Shown: in pieces, positions 9,259 through 18,464 of the stretch | How the letters are laid out: the number at the start of each line of letters is the position of its first letter | Numbering within the stretch: the first letter of the stretch is position 1 | Source: Alphaproteobacteria bacterium | Lineage (GTDB): Bacteria; Pseudomonadota; Alphaproteobacteria; MPNO01; UBA830 | Direction of reading: 5' to 3' | NCBI GenBank assembly: GCA_964291215.2 | Contig: OZ219790.1 | Coordinates: 832,001 to 896,000, forward strand | Length of the DNA: 64,000 bases | Made by a program: the position numbers and the translations under genes | The notes under the pieces: generated by a model | What the model was told of the DNA's origin: nothing | Database searches by the model: none | The model's input: the letters and a program-made list of their open reading frames with translations, nothing else

Positions 9259-11226
9259 ATGATACTCAAACGAGTACAAATCACCAACTTTCAGAGCATT
9301 CGGGATTCGACGGAGTTCGAGATCGGCGAGGTAACATGCCTTGTCGGGAAAAATGAGGCAGGAAAGACCGCGCTGCTGAAGGCGCTGTATCGACTTAACC
9401 CAATTCGCGCATCTGACGCAGATTTCGATACGACCAGAGACTACCCGCGTCGTGATCTGGTCGACTATGAGGAAGGCCTTGAGAACGGCACCCAAGACGT
9501 TGCGCAGGTCGTCCGGGCAACCTACGCACTTGATGCTGATTGCATCGAAGCAATCGAATCCATGTATGGAGTCCATTGCCTGAAGGACAGGAATGCAATT
9601 GTTGAACTGCGCAAGGACTACTCCAACGAGGTGACGTACTCCGGGCTGCAGATAGACCATGAAGCTGTAGTATCCCATCTCGTGGCCAGCGCTGGTCTGC
9701 CAAAACCCCTGAGTGACACGCCGGGATCCTGCAAGAGCATCCCGGAAATAATCGAAGCCCTTCAAGACACTGAAGAAACAGATGCGTCACAAGAGCTCTG
9801 CCGACGTCTCGACGAAATACCCGGTGGAGATGTGGAGAACGCGATATACCACCAGATAATTTCCCCTAAGCTGCCCAAATTTCTGTATTTCGATGAATAC
9901 TACCAGATGAAGGGACAGGATAACCTCGATGCGCTCCAGGATCGCCGCAATCAAGACAATCTTGAGGAGGCTGATGAACCGCTGCTCGGGCTTATTGAAC
10001 TTGCCGGGCTAGATCTGGATCAACTTACGAATCCCGAACAAACTGAAAAGTTGCTCGGCCGGCTTGAAGCAGCGGAGAACCGGCTTACGAACAAGGCACT
10101 GAAATACTGGTCTCAAAATAGCCACTTGCGCATGAAATTTGATATTCGTCCTGGTCAACCTGGAGATCCTCCCGACATGACGAGCGGGATGAACATCCTG
10201 GGAAGAGTGCAGGACACCAAACACATGGTCAGTACCGCCCTTGGCACAAGGTCTCGCGGCTTCATATGGTTCTTTTCCTTTCTCGCATGGTATTCAAAGC
10301 TCCGCAAGCAGGGCGAAAACCTCATTCTGCTGTTGGATGAACCCGGACTATCTCTCCACGCAAAAGCCCAGGCAGACCTGCTTCGCTACTTCGAGGAGGA
10401 ACTCAGGCCGCATCACCAGCTCATCTATACGACGCATTCACCTTTCATGGTCGATCCGACGCGCTTCGATCGCGTCCGGATTGTTCAGGACTTGAGCGTA
10501 GAAGAGGGGTCGGATGATCTGCCGGACGACAAACAGGGGACAAGGGTAGTTGGCGATGTTCTCGATGCAACTCCGGACAGTCTGTTCCCACTCCAGGGTG
10601 CCCTAGGATACGAGATTCATCAGACATTATTCGTAGGCCCCAATTGCTTGGTTGTTGAAGGTGCTTCGGACCTTCTGTACATCCAGACCATGTCAGCCCT
10701 TCTTGAGAAACGGGGCAGGACCGGTCTCAGTGCTCGATGGACGATCACGCCTGTGGGAGGCGCTGGGAAGGTTCCAACGTTCGTGGCACTGATCGGTGCG
10801 CAGAACGACCTGAATGTGGCGGTACTTGTTGATTTTCATGAACGTGATCGGCAGCAAGTAGAAAATCTGTACAGGAAGAAATTGTTGAAGAGGCAGAATA
10901 TATTAACGTTCACAGATTTCACTCAGGGCGACGAAGCGGATATTGAAGATTTGTTCGGCGTTGAATTCTATTTGCGCCTGGTGAATGCGGAGTTTGGGTG
11001 CGAAATCCGGTCCACTGAATTGGACTCAGATCATCCTCGAGTTATCTGGCGAATCGAGGAGTATCTGAAAGGAAACCCACTTCCGGGGGAAGTTCGCTTC
11101 AGCCACTATCGCCCGGCGCGGTACTTCAGCGAGAATGCCAACGCGCTCGCGGAGCACCTGGGAGATAACGACCTTGGTCGCTTTGAGTCTGTCTTCCAAG
11201 CGGTTAACGGGCTTCTGCCGAATTAA
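9259..11226 (+). CDS. OLD-family ATP-dependent endonuclease (ABC ATPase + TOPRIM)
   Basis: ITNFQSI, GKNEAGKT Walker A, LLLDEPG, TTHSP, TOPRIM VVEGASD, DIEDLF. Start set at ATG 9259 (MILKRVQI). Lower GC than upstream genes. Confidence 0.85.
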   Translation: MILKRVQITNFQSIRDSTEFEIGEVTCLVGKNEAGKTALLKALYRLNPIRASDADFDTTRDYPRRDLVDYEEGLENGTQDVAQVVRATYALDADCIEAIESMYGVHCLKDRNAIVELRKDYSNEVTYSGLQIDHEAVVSHLVASAGLPKPLSDTPGSCKSIPEIIEALQDTEETDASQELCRRLDEIPGGDVENAIYHQIISPKLPKFLYFDEYYQMKGQDNLDALQDRRNQDNLEEADEPLLGLIELAGLDLDQLTNPEQTEKLLGRLEAAENRLTNKALKYWSQNSHLRMKFDIRPGQPGDPPDMTSGMNILGRVQDTKHMVSTALGTRSRGFIWFFSFLAWYSKLRKQGENLILLLDEPGLSLHAKAQADLLRYFEEELRPHHQLIYTTHSPFMVDPTRFDRVRIVQDLSVEEGSDDLPDDKQGTRVVGDVLDATPDSLFPLQGALGYEIHQTLFVGPNCLVVEGASDLLYIQTMSALLEKRGRTGLSARWTITPVGGAGKVPTFVALIGAQNDLNVAVLVDFHERDRQQVENLYRKKLLKRQNILTFTDFTQGDEADIEDLFGVEFYLRLVNAEFGCEIRSTELDSDHPRVIWRIEEYLKGNPLPGEVRFSHYRPARYFSENANALAEHLGDNDLGRFESVFQAVNGLLPN

Positions 11227-11272
11227 CTCCGCGCTTGAACAAACATCCTGAAGGGATTCTTGCGATGGGGAT

Positions 11273-12673
11273 GTGTCCTTGACACGCGAAGAGGTGGCGG
11301 CGTTGGCCTCGATGGGTGAGTCCGAGGTGCTGGAGTTCAAGGCTACCACCGGAACGCGCCGCGAGGCGGCGGCGACCGTATGTGCGATGCTGAACCAGCG
11401 CGGTGGACTTGTGCTGTTCGGGGTCGCGCCGGACAGCCGTGTCGTGGGTCAGCGGATCGGCGAACGGACAATTGAGCAGGTGAGCGCCGAAATCCAGCGG
11501 ATCGAGCCGCCCGCGTTTCCGGAGATCGAGCGCGTTCGTGTACGGGAGGATTTGGAGGTCATTGCGGTTCGGGTGGGCCCCGGGGCGTCGCCACCGTATC
11601 AGTACCGGGGGGCTTCCTATCTGCGTGTCGGCAATACGACGCAGGCCATGTCCGCCGAAGAATACAACCGCTTGCTTTTCGAGCGCATGCACAACGATCG
11701 ACGTTGGGAGAACCAGCCCGCCGACGGGTGGACGGTAGACGACCTGGACGTCGCAGAGATTCGCAATACGGTCGCGGAGGCTGTGCGGACCGGCCGTCTT
11801 GACGAACCTGGCGGCCTGAATTCAGAGGACATGCTGCGCGGGTTGGGGCTGCTGCGCGGCGGCGTCCTGTTCCGGGCCGCCGCGGTGTTGTTCGGAAACG
11901 CGGAGCGCCTCGAAAGCGAAATGCCGCAGTGCCTGCTCCGCGTAGCCCGCTTCCGGGGCGTTGACCGTTCGGAGTTTCTCGACAATCGTCAGTTCATCGG
12001 GAACGCGTTCATCCTGCTTGCGAGCGCCTCACGCTTTCTGCGCGATACGCTCCCCATCGCGAGCCGCTTCGAGCCCGGCCGCATGGCGCGCATCGACGAG
12101 CCGCTCTACCCGCCCCTTGCAACGCGGGAGGCGCTGGCGAACGCCCTGTGCCATCGAGATTATGCCATGGGCGGCGGCTCCATTGGGCTTGCAGTCTACG
12201 ACGACCGACTGGAGATAACCTCGACCGGTCCACTGCACTTCGGACTGACTCCGGAGGACCTCTTCGGACCGCACGAGTCGCGGCCCTGGAACCCGCTCAT
12301 CGCCCGCACGTTCTATCGGCGCGGCATCATCGAGGAATGGGGCCGCGGCACGATCAAAATGGCCGACCTGGCGACATCGGCCGGGCTACCACGCCCGGAG
12401 ATCGAGGAACGGGGCGATTGCGTGACGGTGCGCTTCCGGCGCGCTGACTACGTGCCGCCTAGACACGACGACGGCGAACTGACGGAACAGCAGAGGACAG
12501 TGTTGACGCTTATTCATCGGTCCGGCGGCGCTTTGGCGCTCCGGGATATCCGCGCTGCCCTGGGGTCTCAGGCAAACCAGCGGCGGCTACGGGAAGACCT
12601 CGCCACTCTGAAGGCCAAGGGGTTGGTGGAGTCCACCGGGGTGGGTCGGGGAGCACGCTGGAAAGCCCTGTAG
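11273..12673 (+). CDS. AlbA_2/Schlafen domain + HATPase_c_4 + winged-helix protein (often labelled RecG-like)
   Basis: GESEVLEFK...AMLNQRGGLVLFGV (AlbA_2), REALANALCHRDY, PWNPLIA...IEEWGRGT, C-terminal HTH ending GRGARW. Confidence 0.85.
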   Translation: MSLTREEVAALASMGESEVLEFKATTGTRREAAATVCAMLNQRGGLVLFGVAPDSRVVGQRIGERTIEQVSAEIQRIEPPAFPEIERVRVREDLEVIAVRVGPGASPPYQYRGASYLRVGNTTQAMSAEEYNRLLFERMHNDRRWENQPADGWTVDDLDVAEIRNTVAEAVRTGRLDEPGGLNSEDMLRGLGLLRGGVLFRAAAVLFGNAERLESEMPQCLLRVARFRGVDRSEFLDNRQFIGNAFILLASASRFLRDTLPIASRFEPGRMARIDEPLYPPLATREALANALCHRDYAMGGGSIGLAVYDDRLEITSTGPLHFGLTPEDLFGPHESRPWNPLIARTFYRRGIIEEWGRGTIKMADLATSAGLPRPEIEERGDCVTVRFRRADYVPPRHDDGELTEQQRTVLTLIHRSGGALALRDIRAALGSQANQRRLREDLATLKAKGLVESTGVGRGARWKAL

Positions 12674-12683
12674 AACGCGGCGT

Positions 12684-12743
12684 CGGCTCATTCCGGCTGA
12701 TTGCGGCTCATTCCGGCTGATTGCGGCTCATTCCGGCCCATTG
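12684..12743 (+). repeat. Six tandem 10-bp units CGGCYSATTS (20-bp superperiod CGGCTCATTCCGGCTGATTG)
   Basis: Read directly: cggctcattc/cggctgattg/cggctcattc/cggctgattg/cggctcattc/cggcccattg. Confidence 0.9.
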
Positions 12744-12816
12744 AAGAAACCCATGACCCGCGTTGTGCTATGGCGACTACCCGCGCCGCCGAAGAGGGAG
12801 CCGCCGTCAACTCCTC

Positions 12817-15771
12817 TCACAACCCGAGATCCACGTCCTTGCCGTGGCCGCGCTCGCGCATCGGTAACTCCTGCTCCTCAGCTGGCAGCGGGATGCCCGT
12901 TCGGCCCGCTTCGGCGCCCGTCCCCGGACCTTGAGCCGGCTGACGGTCGACGCCTTGCACGGCATTGTTCGCCTTGCCCTCCATCTCCGGCTCTGCCCTG
13001 GCAATTCCCTCCAGTGCCGATATGCGTTCGCCGGTAACGGATTCCAGCTGTTCCTTCAGCGCCGCCCTGTCGTCGGTGACGAGTTCCGCCCGGTCGCGGG
13101 CGCGGCTGATTTCGACGTAGAAGCTCTTCTGCGTGGTGAGGTGCGGATGGTTCGCCTCCATGGCGGCGATCACGTTGTCGACGGTTCGCCCCTGGAACGC
13201 ATGCACGGTCGAGGCCCAGGCATGGTCGAGATGACGCAGTTGCGGATCGCTTGCGCCCAGGGTGAGCATGCGCCCGTCCTCGAGCCGGAACGAGACCCTG
13301 CCGCCGGTCACTGCCGTCACCTCGGCGGTGTGGCTGTTGACGAGGCCGAGCGCCTGGTCGTTGCGGGTCCAGCGCACGCGGTCGCCGGCGCGGAGCCCGA
13401 TCGTTTCCACGCGGTAGACCTCGCTGCCGCCGCGCCGTCCGGCGATCTCGCCGGGCTTCCAGCGCACGGTCCCGCCCTCGCCGCCATCGAGCAGGACTTC
13501 CCGGCGTTCGTGATCGACCCCCGCGACCTGCCGCTCGTCGCCCTTCTCGACCCCGATCCGCCGGTAGGGCCGGTAGAACGCGACCACGTCGCCCGGCGCG
13601 TAGTTTCCGGCGAGCGCCTTTTCGGCGTTAGTGTAGCCCTTCGAGACGAGGCGTTCGCCCTCGAGCACGGGGCCGTGGATACGGCCCTCGCGTGCGAGGC
13701 GCTCGCGGATGTGTCCGTTGATGGCCTGGCGCAGTTCGTGGCTCGGGGCCATCACCCCGGTGCGCTCTCGCTCTTCCTGGGACAGCCCGAGCCAGCGCGC
13801 GGCAACGGCGCCGGCGATGTTGTCGGCCTTCACCTCGGCGACATTCGCCCCGAGCTTCCCGAAGGCCCTGCCGATGTCGCCCGCGAGGCTTGCCTCGACG
13901 GCGGCCTTCAGGCCGGGGTCGCGCTGGCGCAGGATCTCGTCCATGACGGCGGTCTTCATGCCCGCCTGCTGCAACTGGGCGAACGGCTTGCCGGCGTCCA
14001 CCGCGTCGAGCTGCTTCGCGTCGCCGACCAGCAAGACCCGAGGGATGCGCAGCACGGTCGCGATGCGCAGCAGGTCGCGGGCCTGGACGGTGGAGGCGAG
14101 CGAGCCTTCGTCCACCACGAGCACGGTCTTCGCGAAGGCGGCGCGCATCTCGCGCTCGCCCTTCCTGGAGAGCCGGCCCCCGGCGACGCCGGCGTTGCGG
14201 GCGAGGAAGAGCTGGAGCGTCTCGCCGTCGATACCGGCCTCGGCGCCGAGCGTGCGGGCGGCCGAGGCCGAGGGCGCGAGCCCGATCATGCGGTAGCCGC
14301 TCCTTTCGGCGAGCGCCCGGACGCGCCTCAGCATGTTCGTCTTGCCGGAGCCGGCATATCCCTGCACCCCCACCACCCGGTCCCTGGCACCGAGGATGAG
14401 CTTGACCGCTTCGCGCTGCCCGTGCGTCAGCGGCCCCCCGTGCAGCCGCGCGCTCACCATCCAGCTCCGCATCACCGGCCGGCTCCGGTTCTGGCCGCCG
14501 CGCATCAGGCGCAAGGTCTCCCGCTCGTCGGCGAGCGCCCTGTCCGTGGTCAGCCCGCCGCCCGGGTCGAGCGCGGGGGCCGCGTGAAGCGTGCCGGCGT
14601 CCAGGAGGCCGTCCACCGCCTTCTCCGCCGCCTCGACCGTGACCGCGCCGGGCTGCCAGGCCAGCGCCGCGGCGAGGAGGTCGGCGCGGCTGAACACGGC
14701 CTCGCGCTCGGCGAGATGGGCCACGGCCCAGTCCAGAGCCTGCGCCGCCGCGCCGGGTTCGCCCGGGCTTTCCTTCGCGGGGGCCGGCCCCTCGCGCGAG
14801 GGTCCGTCCGTTTCCCGCGCCGCGCCTGCGCTCGGGCCCGCGTCCCGGGACAGCGCATCCGCGGCGAGGGCGGGGCCATCGAACCCGAGGCCCGCGGCCT
14901 GCTTCCGCCAGCTCTCATGCAACGCGCCCTTGTCGATGTCGCGCTTGCGGGCGCGGGTCATGAGCGCCGCGCGCCCGGCAAGGCGCTGGTTCTCCGCGGT
15001 GCCCGCCGCCCCCCGCTCGGCCACCGCCGCCTCGATCTCCGCGCGCCTTGTCGAGAACGCCTCGATCACGCCGCGGGAGACCCCCGCGATCTCGAAGCGC
15101 CCGTCGGCGTGGCTCTTCTCCACGCGATAGCCGAGGCTGGCGAGCCCCCGCGCGAGTTCGCTGCGGTAGACCATGCCGATCAGCTTCTGCCGGCGGTAGA
15201 GCGGCTCGTTGGCCATGGCGCGCCACTTGCCGTCCTCGCCCCTGACCATGTTGGCGAGCACCGCGTGGGTGTGGAGCTGGGGGTCGAGGTTGCGGGAGGT
15301 GTCGTGGCGGAAGGTGGCGGCGACGATCTTCTGGCCGCCCGCGCGGACCATGCGTCCGGTCTCCGGGTCGCGCATGCGGGTCTCGGCGGCGTTCTGCTCG
15401 ACCCAGGCGAGCGCGCGGCCTACCGCCCGGTCGTGGGCCTCGACCGCGCGCGCGTCGCCGCCGACCAGCGCTGCGAGGGATACGGACTTCGGCGCACTGA
15501 ACGTCAGGTCGCGGCCGGGGCGGTGGATAAGGTTGCCGTGCCGGTCGAGGCGGCCGAGCCGCTGCCCCGACCCGTCGGGCACCTCGCCTTCGAGAACGGC
15601 CCTGAACGTCTCCGGATCGACCGGCCCCTGGAGGCCGAGCCCGGCCGCGCCCTTGCCGGCCCAGGCGCTCGCGTCCCTGTGCGCGGGATCGTCCTTCGCG
15701 TAGTAGCCGTCGCGCTCGTAGTAGGAGGTGCCCTGTGCGGGCGAGGCGACGGCGCCGATGGAGACGACCAT
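12817..15771 (-). CDS. mobF: MOBF (TrwC/TraI-type) relaxase-helicase
   Basis: YYERDGYY catalytic tyrosines, DLTFSAPKSVS, HDTSRNLDPQLHTH (HUH), helicase GYAGSGKT, VVDEGS, FQGRT; start placed at TGATG overlap with traD. Confidence 0.93.
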   Translation of the reverse strand: MVVSIGAVASPAQGTSYYERDGYYAKDDPAHRDASAWAGKGAAGLGLQGPVDPETFRAVLEGEVPDGSGQRLGRLDRHGNLIHRPGRDLTFSAPKSVSLAALVGGDARAVEAHDRAVGRALAWVEQNAAETRMRDPETGRMVRAGGQKIVAATFRHDTSRNLDPQLHTHAVLANMVRGEDGKWRAMANEPLYRRQKLIGMVYRSELARGLASLGYRVEKSHADGRFEIAGVSRGVIEAFSTRRAEIEAAVAERGAAGTAENQRLAGRAALMTRARKRDIDKGALHESWRKQAAGLGFDGPALAADALSRDAGPSAGAARETDGPSREGPAPAKESPGEPGAAAQALDWAVAHLAEREAVFSRADLLAAALAWQPGAVTVEAAEKAVDGLLDAGTLHAAPALDPGGGLTTDRALADERETLRLMRGGQNRSRPVMRSWMVSARLHGGPLTHGQREAVKLILGARDRVVGVQGYAGSGKTNMLRRVRALAERSGYRMIGLAPSASAARTLGAEAGIDGETLQLFLARNAGVAGGRLSRKGEREMRAAFAKTVLVVDEGSLASTVQARDLLRIATVLRIPRVLLVGDAKQLDAVDAGKPFAQLQQAGMKTAVMDEILRQRDPGLKAAVEASLAGDIGRAFGKLGANVAEVKADNIAGAVAARWLGLSQEERERTGVMAPSHELRQAINGHIRERLAREGRIHGPVLEGERLVSKGYTNAEKALAGNYAPGDVVAFYRPYRRIGVEKGDERQVAGVDHERREVLLDGGEGGTVRWKPGEIAGRRGGSEVYRVETIGLRAGDRVRWTRNDQALGLVNSHTAEVTAVTGGRVSFRLEDGRMLTLGASDPQLRHLDHAWASTVHAFQGRTVDNVIAAMEANHPHLTTQKSFYVEISRARDRAELVTDDRAALKEQLESVTGERISALEGIARAEPEMEGKANNAVQGVDRQPAQGPGTGAEAGRTGIPLPAEEQELPMRERGHGKDVDLGL

Positions 15772-17936
15772 CAGAGCCACTCGCATGCCGGCCGCCCGTC
15801 CGCGCGGCCGGCCGCATCATCGTCTTCGCCGGTACCCACCCCGGAATTGGCGCCGTCATGCCCATCGGACGCGGCTGCGGGTTGGCGGGGCGCAGCCTCG
15901 CCCGGCGTGTCCCCGTCGCCGGCATCGTCCCTGTCCGCCGCCTCGCCGGAACCGTCCGCCGGTCGCGCGGCGCCGACCGGCGCTTCGGTGGCTCGATCCG
16001 GTGTCTCAAGCGTCGCCGGCGCATCCGTTGGCCTGGCGTCCCCGCTCGCCGGTCCGTTCCGGGCGAGCCCCGGGCCGGGCGGCGGGAGGCTCAGGAGATC
16101 GCCCCGGGGGGCCGCCGTTTCCGGTGCGGCATCGGGCGGTCCCGAGGGCCTGGCTGCCGTTCCTGCCTCACTCGCCTCGGCCTGCGCCCTCGGCACGAAC
16201 CGCTCGGCGGCCCCGGGCCGCTTCACGTAGCGAAGGCGGATGCGGGCGACCGGCAGCGGTCCGGGGAAGCGGAGCCAGCCATGGAGGCTTTCGAGGCGCA
16301 TGATGTCGGAGGCGAGCGCCAGCGCGCGGAGTTCGCGTTTCGGGGTCAGCGAGACGCCGTCGCGGATGGTGTCGGCGCCGTATGAGACGCCTTCGGCCAC
16401 CTCCTCGACCTCGCTGCGGCCGAGGCTGTCGGCCGACCACTGGGCGGTGTCGCGGTCGGGCGCGGCGAGCACCGCGCGGGTGCCGCAGAGGCCGGAGATG
16501 GTCTCGGCGCCGTTGCGCCCGTAGAGGTCTCGGAGCGCCGAGATCACCTGGATGCCGAGCACGAAGCAGCCGCCGAACTGGCGGGATTCCGCGAGGCCGG
16601 GCTGGAGCGAGGGCACCTGGTGGAGGGTGGGGAGTTCGTCGAGCACGACCCAGATGCGCCGCGTGTCGTCCTGTTCGAGCGACAGCATGGCGTTGACGGC
16701 GATCTCGAGCCAGGTGGAGATGAGGCCGCGCAGGCTGGCATGCTGGTCGGCGCGCGAGGTGAGGAACAGGAACCCGCCGCGGTTTCGCTCTTGGGCCTCG
16801 CCGGACACCCAGTCGCGGATCGAGAAGGGCCTGCCGGTGTCGGGCAGGTATTCGAGCGCGCCGATATTGGCGGTCAGCATGGCGCGGACCGAGAGCGCCG
16901 TCTTCGGGTTCTCGGGATCGACGATGGACTGGGCGACGGTGCCCTCCATGGCCTGGGCGAGCGCCGTCAGGTCGGTCTTGAGCAGGTGGTCGACCAGGAC
17001 CTTGTTGCGGGTCTCTCCCTTCTCGCGCAGCACGCCGGCGCCGTTGGCGAACAACTGGCGGGCGGCGGTGACCCAGAACGGGTCGACAGTGTCCTTCTGC
17101 TGGGGGATGAGGGCCGCGGCCATGGTGTCGAAGTCGCGCGGGCCGCGCGCCTCGAGGAAAGGCGACCAGCGGGGGCTGCGGGCGTCGAGCGGGTTGAGCA
17201 GCATGTCGCGGGCGGGGTCGAAGAACGCGCGGGTGTAGGAGCCCATCTTGTCGTAGAGGACGCAGCGCTCGCCGCGCTCCCTGATCTGGGCGACGAGGTC
17301 GGAGATCAGCACCGTCTTGCCCGACCCGGTGGTGCCGGAGACGATGGTGTGCTGCGTCTCGGCGCGCTCGGGATACGGCACGCCGGCGATCCGGCAGGGC
17401 GGGCGCCTGCCCGTGGCCGGGACGAGGTCGCGCGCCCGGCGGTGGAGCGGGCGGATGCGCCATCGGAGCTGACGCGCGGTGGCGAGCTCGGCGCCCCGGA
17501 TGCGGCGCCCGGCCTGGAGCTGGCGCCCGCGGATCCAGAAGAGCGCCAGGAACAGCGCGATCGCGGCCGCCGCCGCCTTCGCTCCGAGCAGGGCGCCCGC
17601 GAACACCACGTCCTTCAGCGTCTCGCGCATGGCGCGCGCCCGCGGCGCGGCGGCGATGTCGGGGAGGGTGGAGATGACGGTGCTGCCGTCGGGCTGGCGC
17701 ACCTCCTGGCGCGAGGTGCGCCGGTAGCCGAGCCCGAGCTTGGCCTCGGCGACGGTGACCATGGCGGCGGCATACCACTCGTAGCCGGTGGTGCGCTCCC
17801 ACACGAACCAGGCGGGGACGGCGACCACGGAGAAGGCGGCGAGGAAGAAGCCGGCGCGCAGTAGCTGGCCCCACATGCGCAGCCCGTGGAAGACGGTCTG
17901 TCCGCCCCGGAGCGTGCTCGAGCCGACGGTCTTCAC
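15771..17936 (-). CDS. traD: Type IV coupling protein TraD
   Basis: N-terminal RGGQ...RM, two TM segments, SGTTGSGKT, NPLDARS, VLDELPTL; low-complexity C-tail. Confidence 0.92.
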   Translation of the reverse strand: MKTVGSSTLRGGQTVFHGLRMWGQLLRAGFFLAAFSVVAVPAWFVWERTTGYEWYAAAMVTVAEAKLGLGYRRTSRQEVRQPDGSTVISTLPDIAAAPRARAMRETLKDVVFAGALLGAKAAAAAIALFLALFWIRGRQLQAGRRIRGAELATARQLRWRIRPLHRRARDLVPATGRRPPCRIAGVPYPERAETQHTIVSGTTGSGKTVLISDLVAQIRERGERCVLYDKMGSYTRAFFDPARDMLLNPLDARSPRWSPFLEARGPRDFDTMAAALIPQQKDTVDPFWVTAARQLFANGAGVLREKGETRNKVLVDHLLKTDLTALAQAMEGTVAQSIVDPENPKTALSVRAMLTANIGALEYLPDTGRPFSIRDWVSGEAQERNRGGFLFLTSRADQHASLRGLISTWLEIAVNAMLSLEQDDTRRIWVVLDELPTLHQVPSLQPGLAESRQFGGCFVLGIQVISALRDLYGRNGAETISGLCGTRAVLAAPDRDTAQWSADSLGRSEVEEVAEGVSYGADTIRDGVSLTPKRELRALALASDIMRLESLHGWLRFPGPLPVARIRLRYVKRPGAAERFVPRAQAEASEAGTAARPSGPPDAAPETAAPRGDLLSLPPPGPGLARNGPASGDARPTDAPATLETPDRATEAPVGAARPADGSGEAADRDDAGDGDTPGEAAPRQPAAASDGHDGANSGVGTGEDDDAAGRADGRPACEWL

Positions 17937-18109
17937 GCCACGAACCTTCCCGGACCGGTTTGCGCAGCCCGGCCGTGGCCACGGGCGGCGCGGTCCGGGC
18001 GCCGCGCCGCGGCGAGGCAGGGCCGGGCGGGGGAAGGCGCGGGGGGCGCGCGGCCGGAGGAAGCGGTCCCGCCCGCCTTCTCACCCGCCGTTCCCCGGAG
18101 ACCCCGGCC

Positions 18110-18457
18110 ATGACCCGCCCCGACACGCCTGGCCACCCGCCCCATCCGCCGCGCCCCGCCTGGCGCGCCCGCCTCGTCATGCTCGGTCCGCCTGGCGTTG
18201 CCGCGCTCGTCACGGCGTTCGGGGCGGAGGCCGATATCCTCGCCCCGCTGTGGCTCGCCGCCCTTGCCTGGACCGTGCTCGCGAGCCTCGCGGGCGCGCT
18301 GGCGCGCGGTTTCCGGCAGGGCGGCCGGTCCGCCTTCCGCAGCCACCGGTTTCCCGAAGACCGCGGCGAGGACGACGAGTGGGCCGCGCGCACCGGGTGC
18401 TACGCCTGGCTCGGCGACCATGAGGACCGGCTCCGCGACGACCGCCATTTGCATTGA
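18110..18457 (+). CDS. Small membrane protein convergent with traG (candidate entry-exclusion protein)
   Basis: GGAG RBS at 18097-18100, ATG 18110, 115 aa with two hydrophobic segments and a charged tail; fills the traG-traD gap. Confidence 0.55.
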   Translation: MTRPDTPGHPPHPPRPAWRARLVMLGPPGVAALVTAFGAEADILAPLWLAALAWTVLASLAGALARGFRQGGRSAFRSHRFPEDRGEDDEWAARTGCYAWLGDHEDRLRDDRHLH

Positions 18458-18464
18458 TCCACCC

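Noticed and set aside
9259-11226. Gabija or retron-associated OLD system
   Set aside because: No UvrD helicase or reverse transcriptase next to it.
17937-18109. oriT upstream of traD (palindrome CCGTGGCCACGG at 17973-17984)
   Set aside because: Short GC palindromes are expected at this GC content and no convincing MOBF nic match was found.
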